Positions 53,759 through 64,000 of a stretch of 64,000 nucleotides of DNA are shown in pieces. The stretch comes from Amoebidium appalachense (taxonomy: Eukaryota > Protista > Ichthyosporea). The position numbers and the translations under genes are program-made. The DNA is taken from positions 14,292,914 through 14,356,913 of the forward strand of contig CAVNZM010000003.1 of the NCBI GenBank assembly GCA_963693365.1. Direction: 5' to 3'. Under the pieces are notes generated by a model. The model made no database searches. It was not told the DNA's origin and saw only the letters and a program-made list of their open reading frames with translations. The first letter of the stretch is position 1. The number at the start of each line of letters is the position of its first letter.

Positions 53759-55357
53759 ATGGCAATGGCAACGGGACCCACCATGAAGCTCGTCGAAGCA
53801 ATTATCAAAAACGACACACAGGGAGCTAAAGCGCTGATAGCAAGCCACCAATGCAACCTGCACGCAACCGCGTGGGGTGGAGATACCCCTCTGCACTACG
53901 CAGCAAGCACTGGAAATGTAGAGGCATCACACGCATGCTTCTTGCGGCCGGAGCAAACACGAGCGCACAGAATGCAACGAGAAAGATACCTATGCAGCTA
54001 GCGCAAGAGTGTGGGCATGCGCAAGTGGTGGCACTCTTTGAAAACCAGGGGTCCGGACGTTCACATGCGGGTCCCTCTTCTTCACCCACGCGAATGTCCT
54101 CAAATTCTGCTCCACAGCCGCCGGCCAGCGTGCAGAATTCAAGCACAGCAACAAGACCCAGTAATGGCACAACTAAACCAGCATATGCATATAGCAGCAC
54201 CAATTCACCCCCCCGCCAACATTCGTCAACTGATCGCTCTGACGTGAAGCCACCACACAACGACGGAAAGCTTCCAAGCGGGCATGAGAACAAAACACAA
54301 GAAACTTCACCAGAAACTGTAGACTACGGATCACCACGTGGATCCTCTTCCTATCAAGGCCGTGGTTCTCACCACAACGCGGGTCAGAAAAGAGATTCTC
54401 CGGACCCTCATCAAGGGGGGGCTTTGGTCACCACGGACAAGGCGGCCGGCCCGGGAGCGGTTACCATTCTCACCATCATCAATATGACTCACGAGAGCCT
54501 CATCAGTCTACGTCGGCCCCGCCGGCGTCAACACAGTTTGTTAACAAACCACACCTCACGGTTTTGCTACTGGGGTATACAGGCCGCGGCAAAGCAACCG
54601 TTGGGAATCGCCTCTGGTGTTCGACCACGAACAAGACCCGGCCACTCCCTTTGCCACCAGCAGCAGCCACCAATCAGAAACGTCCGTGGTGTCTGTGGCG
54701 TCCAATAGCATGACGGGATTCACCGTTTTTGACGTTCCAGGTCGATACCGCAATAACTATAACCAATAAATTGAGAGAGTGGGCGGAGAAAAACATCGCT
54801 ACATCGTCCGGCTTTCGACCAGCAGACAGGCCTAGGGAACAAGCTGTTCCACCCGCCATCGAAATTCGGCTTCAGACACAAAAATGTGTGCATTGCGGAG
54901 CAAAAGGCGAAGTGAAAACGGGCCCCCAAGGTGTCGTCTCGTCTAAATGGACGGCGGAGCATGTATCATTCCGGACGATGTGATTGGCTGGCTGATTTGA
55001 CGAATCAGATGACTCCAAAAATTGATGAATTGCCGTTGCGGGCGACCAATCAGATGGGACATCACGGAGGGGGTGCAGAATACAAGCCTCGTCGAACTGC
55101 ACGTCACGGCTGACAACCATCTTGTGTGCTGCTGGAATCCAGACCTTGTAGCCCTTGATGTTAGGAGGGTAGCCCACGAAGATGCCCTTGACGGCACGAG
55201 GCGCCAGTTTCGGTGTATCCTGTTGATGGACGTAGCAGAGCAATGCCACCCGGAATTTATACAGAAAGAAAGAGGTTATGCAAAAGAATTCTCAACGGTG
55301 GGTGGTGCCGTTGGCTCCATATTGGGTGGGTTCGTTGGAGGGGCTGTTGGGACTTTG

Positions 55358-55387
<30 letters not shown>
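53759..55387 (+). pseudogene. Ankyrin-repeat plus AIG1/GIMAP-like P-loop GTPase plus Cys motif plus glycine-zipper protein; several frameshifts, interrupted by a Copia piece
   Basis: Ankyrin GDTPLHYAA/ITRMLLAAGAN; LTVLLLGYTGRGKATVGNRL (G1, about 54555-54614); FTVFDVPG (G3); CVHCG; GGAVGSILGGFVGGAVG; donor gtatgt at 55388. Confidence 0.7.
54965..55240 (-). mobile_element. Copia post-integrase SH3-like fragment (differs from the 56-58 kb copy)
   Basis: CYVH..KLAPRAVKGIFVGY..KGYKVW..VVSRDVQFDE. Confidence 0.88.
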
Positions 55388-58852
<3,465 letters not shown>

Positions 58853-59173
58853 CACTGCAAAATCCGCAATCAGAGAATCGTGCCCGATTTGTGCCTACGA
58901 TAGGGACGATTCGGTGCCTATAAAGTCGGGCCGGCCGATGGCCGATGTCGTTCTTGAGATTTTGTGTGCGGAGGCTCATGCGCGCGCCCAAAGAAATGCA
59001 CAAAGAGTCATTAGCACATTCCTGTGACTCATACCTTAGCCGCTCGTGCTGTAAGTCTGGAATGCAAAGTCAAGATTGCGATCACGTCACCCCGAACGTG
59101 CGCGAGATTAGGCTCACGTGTCTAGGACGTCTGGACGGTCTGGCCCGATCGGGTCCCATGGCAATGATGGCAT

Positions 59174-59204
<31 letters not shown>

Positions 59205-59479
59205 GAAAAAAAAAATAAAAATAAAAAAAATAACGGGGGAACCAGGCAATAAATTGGCACCACAAACAGATTTTTTCTCGTCGTTTTTATTAGCCATATC
59301 GTTGACACCGCACACAGGTTGTTGTGGCGCTGGCTTACAGCCTGCAGTACGTTACATATGCATGCGATGCTTCAATGGATCTAGAGAACGTTAACAATGA
59401 GTTAAAAGCTTTGTAGCTAAAGGATATCACATTTATGCAGTGTTAATAGCACACATAAGTGAAGCTCGGGCTTAAGCAT

Positions 59480-61150
59480 CAGCAATCTTGTTCGGCGATC
59501 CGGATCCCATCCAGGACACCTTTTGGGGGTCCTCCCACCATATCCACCCCACACATCCACCACAACCTACCTACATGATGCCATCTAGATGGGATGTGGG
59601 GGTCGTAAACAATTTGGATGGCCACTATCCATAACTCATCTATGATGTCCAGGAGGGGATAAAGGGGACTTGATATCATCCATCATCCAGAACAGCACCG
59701 CAAGGCATCTACTATGGTGTCATGAAATGATCTACAACCCATCCTAAATGCATATTAAATGCCCCGATGTTCAAAATTTTCCGAACACAATTTGGTGGGG
59801 TTTGGGTGGTGATATGGACCATCTAAAGACCACATTAAATGCTCTTTTCTTGTACCCATCCCAAAGTACACCCTAAGTACTCCAGGACGTCCAAGTGTAC
59901 TTCTAGTTTATTTCCGGTGCACATAGACATTATATGGACCACTTTATATGATCATATTTTCTTCCCATCCATTTCTACCCCCTAAGTCCCCTATGATGTC
60001 CAAGACTAGTTTTAGTGCATTTTATACGATCCATATTGTTTTTTCGCTGTTATATGCACAACATATGCACTTTTAATGATCGACAAAGTGTCTGTATGTG
60101 CTCTTGTAGATGGACCTCATCCACGACGTCATAGATGGTATGTGGATTGGGTGGTGCACATGATAGGCATATATGGTTGCTTTAATGTTGCTGGACGCTA
60201 TTCCTGGTATACAGCATCTTTTTGACGTCTTTAAGTGGTCTGTTAATGAACCTTTTAGGAACATTTAGTTGTCATGAGGGAAAACCATATTTGCATCTTA
60301 TATGGCCTTTACGTGGTCTTTTAGATGCCTTTCGGATGGTCATCATGAGGTTTCTGGGATGGGTTTGTGACATCTTTTTGACCCTGGCTCGATCGATTCC
60401 GTGCACTTGAAGGCATCTACATGTGGACCTATGGTGTTGATGATGTGGTATTACAGATCTCTGAATATCCTATCCTTTTCCCATCCATATGTACCCCCTA
60501 CTAGTAGGTACCCTCAGATGTCTAAGTGTATTTCTGGTGCATATTATATAATCATTCCTGATTTATCCCTGTTCTAGGCACAGCATGTGCACTTTATGAT
60601 ATCTAGTTAGGGTCTCTATGTGATCTTTGCGATGGTCCACATCCACGACGTCATAGATGGTTTGTGGATTACCCGGTGCACATGATAGGCATATATAGAT
60701 GCTATAATGTTGCTGGATGCAATTCTCATACTAGAATGGAGTCCACAGCATCTCTCTAGGGTCTTTAAGTGGTCCTTGTATGCACTTTTCAGGAGCCGTT
60801 AGTTGTCTGAAGATGAATCTATATATGCACATTATGGTGTCTTGCAATTGTCCCTTTGATGTGTTTTGGATGGTCATCATGAGATTCCTGGGATGGGTTC
60901 GAGGCATCTTTTGGACCCAGGCTAGATCGATTCCGTGCACTTTTAAGCATCGCAAGATGGACATCAGGTGAATGTAAAGATGCTATATTGATAAGTTCTG
61001 ATATCTTTTTAGCCATAAACTTATACCATTTGGATGTCAACATGTATATAATGATATCAGCAGGAGAATGTAAAGATGCTATAACGATAAGTTCTGATAT
61101 CTTTTTCGTAGTAAACCTATACTATTTGGATGTCAATATATACCTAAAAG
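59480..61150. repeat. Array of imperfect tandem repeats rich in GATG/CATC motifs (probable subterminal region of the Plavaka-like element)
   Basis: About 60060-60425 resembles 60580-60960 (catccacgacgtcatagatgg, gatcgattccgtgcact), and about 60970-61040 resembles 61066-61137. Confidence 0.7.
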
Positions 61151-61266
61151 GTTGGGTTGCAGTCCACTTAAACTTCTGACATCGGCACAGCGCCTATATG
61201 TTACAGGCTACTGACACACGTGAAAACCAAACCCCCTACACCCCCACTCATCAACAAACAGAAAAT

Positions 61267-62430
61267 TTACTCTGCGTCTTCGCCCATCTCCTCGTCTGGC
61301 TCTGGCCCAGCCTGTCCGAGAAACAACTCTTGTGCTTCCTCATCGAAGCCACACATGGCAAGGTATGAGGGAAGCTCTATGTCGTCCATTGAAGCGCCCA
61401 TCTCTGCAACTAGCCCAGGGAGGTATTCTCCCATGTCTATTGGGTCGCTATAACGGAAATTCCCACTGGCGGCTCTGACTGTGATATATTGGTAGATTGC
61501 CGTCCACAACTGTTGCTCCCTGTCTTTCAGGTTTTTTTGAAACACCCTGTTTACCTCGGCTTTTGTGTCCGGGTGCGACCAGTCAATCTCGGCGTTAATG
61601 TTGGGCAGCACAGTTTCCATTTTTATCCGCGTGTAGTACTTTTGGCCTGTAGCGAAGTGGAGAAGGTGCCAACCACGCACTTCTTCAAAGGATATCTCCA
61701 CAACTTTATCTTCCTCCCATGTAAAATTACAGGCCCCTGGCACCATGAGTTGTCGTACAGCCGCCGACGTGTCGCGGTTAAGGACGGCAATATTTGCGAG
61801 CCTAACCATATGGTCGGCGAATGCAGTGATAAATCGTTGTTGGGCATCGTTCAACGAAGCGGAGATGTCTGTCTGTGCTGCCAAATGAGCATCCCTGACC
61901 ATTCGGTATGTATCGACGGCCATACGCTGTGTTATGTTCCCGCCAATACCGTCCATGGCGCCAGTGTGGAAGGCCCAGGCGTTGAGCACTTGCCGTTTCA
62001 GCAGTTGTAGACTGCGGTTTGTACGCCTCCCCTTGTCGGTTTTGCGGTATGCAGTCTGGTTTTTTCGCTTGCGGTAAGCAATCCATGTAGCGCGTTCATA
62101 TTCTGAATCATCGCTCACGGCCCACACTAGTGCATGCTCAGCCTTAGGAACGCGATGGGTCTGCAGCAGCATGCCTATTTCGTAGCCAGTGTAATGGCGA
62201 ATTGTATCTCGGTGGGCGTCAATAAGGTGTTGAGAGAGAACACGGATGCCCTGTTTATTACACAGGGCGCAGAAGCCCGCGGGGTGCCTAGAACCCTCGT
62301 CACATGCCACGTATTCACCATGGTGTTCAACGTAAAAGTTAACGTATGCAGTCACCATTTCTGAGGTAAATGGTGAGCCCTGTGTAACAGCATGTGCGGG
62401 TGCATTTACAGCAACGTTTCGGGCCGCCAT
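61267..62430 (-). CDS. Intronless 387-aa hypothetical protein with C2H2-like finger, basic motif and acidic tail; probable transposon accessory gene
   Basis: CALC-x9-HLIDAH, RKRKNQTAYRK, C-terminal EPDEEMGEDAE; same strand as and downstream of the transposase. Confidence 0.75.
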   Translation of the reverse strand: MAARNVAVNAPAHAVTQGSPFTSEMVTAYVNFYVEHHGEYVACDEGSRHPAGFCALCNKQGIRVLSQHLIDAHRDTIRHYTGYEIGMLLQTHRVPKAEHALVWAVSDDSEYERATWIAYRKRKNQTAYRKTDKGRRTNRSLQLLKRQVLNAWAFHTGAMDGIGGNITQRMAVDTYRMVRDAHLAAQTDISASLNDAQQRFITAFADHMVRLANIAVLNRDTSAAVRQLMVPGACNFTWEEDKVVEISFEEVRGWHLLHFATGQKYYTRIKMETVLPNINAEIDWSHPDTKAEVNRVFQKNLKDREQQLWTAIYQYITVRAASGNFRYSDPIDMGEYLPGLVAEMGASMDDIELPSYLAMCGFDEEAQELFLGQAGPEPDEEMGEDAE

Positions 62431-63463
62431 TTTTGTTCAATCATTGGTGGATAGCAGTATGCCAGGCAGCAAAAAGCTACTGTGCATGTGTGGCCGTGAG
62501 CATATGCAAACCTACTGACTGACTGACTGATGATATGGTTTCCACAGTGTGATCGACTCCGCGCGCCGCGCGCCGCTCCGGGCGGTGCGCGGCGTGGAAT
62601 GAAAGCCAATGAATATTCACGGATTTGAGAGATAGGATTTCGCGTCATGTGATTGGATCACATAATTTTTCTGGAGGCGTGCAAAGCAGACCACCATCCT
62701 TGCCGGGAGACCGCAAAATTGATTTTGATCACGCTTTAATGTGGTAGAACTGGCTCAGGAATTAACAGCTGAAAATTATAAGATTTATAAAAGTAATACT
62801 TTGATAAAACACGCCTATATTATTCATTTAAAGGTTGCCAGACAGAGGCGTGCAAATGAAGGGAGCCAGCCATTCCACCCATATGGCTAGTGTAGATAAT
62901 TACCAACAACCTTGGTTGTAAAGATATATTTTGATATAATTTATAACAGATAATAATATTGTTGCATAAATGAATGATTCATGAAAGAAGTCGTATCAGA
63001 TATGGCAGAGGAGCAACACCCTTGTGTCACAGACTTGGTGCACGTGCGCGTGCACAAATTCCATCGTCCGAGACATCATAAACCCGCCACTAAGTCGTCA
63101 TTTAGTTGTCCATACGGGCCCATGTGGGCGGGCAGGCTTACGGTAACTGTCAGCATTGTTACTAGATATAGTAATGGCCACAACCCTTTCCGTTATTTGT
63201 TAGCTGATGTGGCCACTACAGGGTCCACAGATACATATAGATGCGGCAACGATTGGCATTATTAAGTGAATCCAAGCCGAAAACAAAAATTATGCACTCG
63301 ATTCAGACATCAACATATTGTCAAACCGATCTCATAAAGATATCCGAAAGGTTCGGATGTGGGGGTGATCGAGATGGGAAAAAAGGAAAATGTAGTCTAC
63401 AAGTCCCCATAAAGGCATCTTTTAAGGGTACGACAATTTGCATAGCCTCACCCATTGCTACCT

Positions 63464-64000
63464 CTACATATTCACGAACCGGTTAACCAGGAACTTCTTC
63501 TGCACCCCGTCTTGTGCATACATGGGGATACAGTGGAAAGTCCCCAGTATGGATTCCACGTCGATGACGTCGTATCTGGGCCTCCTCCGGGCACCCGTCC
63601 CTGTCATTTCCACTTGGAGTTTCTTGCACCCTGTGAGGGGATCCACCTCCACCTCGGTGTAGTACCGTACAAAGGCAAGCTGGTGCAAGACCTTTTCCGA
63701 CGCCCCCGGTTGGCCATCCTCAGAGCATTCCTCCGTCTCGCACGTAAATAGGAGCACCGTCCGTGCGTACCAAACTCCGTCCTGACCCTGGATCACGATG
63801 TCGTCGTACCTGTCACGCCGCCCGTAGAACTGGTCACACGCCACCACTCTATGCCACACCCTCTCATCCGGCACTCCCAGCCTGATGTAGCAGCTGTTGT
63901 ACACCTTCACCTTGCAGCCCAGTGGAACAGGCAGTGTATGACGGTCAACGTTGCGGGCCTGTGCTTCGGACACGGAGGCCAGGTGCAGCTGCGTCTGTAA
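63464..64000 (-). CDS. C-terminal part of a Plavaka/CMC-like transposase (continues beyond the window)
   Basis: RVVACDQFYGRRDRYD..V..YARTVLLF..LAFVRYY..DPLTG..YDVIDVESI...HCIP..FLVN matches the C-terminal pattern I recall for fungal Plavaka transposases. Confidence 0.72.
   Translation of the reverse strand, partial: LQTQLHLASVSEAQARNVDRHTLPVPLGCKVKVYNSCYIRLGVPDERVWHRVVACDQFYGRRDRYDDIVIQGQDGVWYARTVLLFTCETEECSEDGQPGASEKVLHQLAFVRYYTEVEVDPLTGCKKLQVEMTGTGARRRPRYDVIDVESILGTFHCIPMYAQDGVQKKFLVNRFVNM

Overview
Eukaryotic nuclear DNA with short exons and introns full of poly-C/G, (CA)n and (CT)n tracts. Most ORFs in the supplied track are microsatellite artefacts. The style and the Plavaka-like transposon would fit a unicellular opisthokont such as an ichthyosporean, but this is inference only. 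Four host genes can be spliced by hand: methylthioribulose-1-phosphate dehydratase (mtnB/APIP, 2 exons), a METTL21/Methyltransf_16-type methyltransferase (7 exons), a Cys/Thr-rich mucin-like membrane protein (4 exons, one GC-AG intron) and RPS15A (3 coding exons). Most of the rest is nested mobile DNA. It includes an intact young chromovirus-type Gypsy element whose gag and pol are in frame across one UAG, and a degraded intron-containing Helitron-like Pif1 helicase spliced to an OTU protease. Also present are a possible OB-fold gene, a DIRS/Ngaro tyrosine-recombinase fragment, several Copia fragments, a hAT-like non-autonomous element, an ankyrin plus AIG1/GIMAP-like pseudogene and the end of a Plavaka/CMC-like transposon. 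The best candidate for something new is a ~155-nt structured RNA present twice (plus one truncated copy) in the methyltransferase introns. Its helices covary between copies and it has a k-turn and a pseudoknot; I cannot assign it to a known family.
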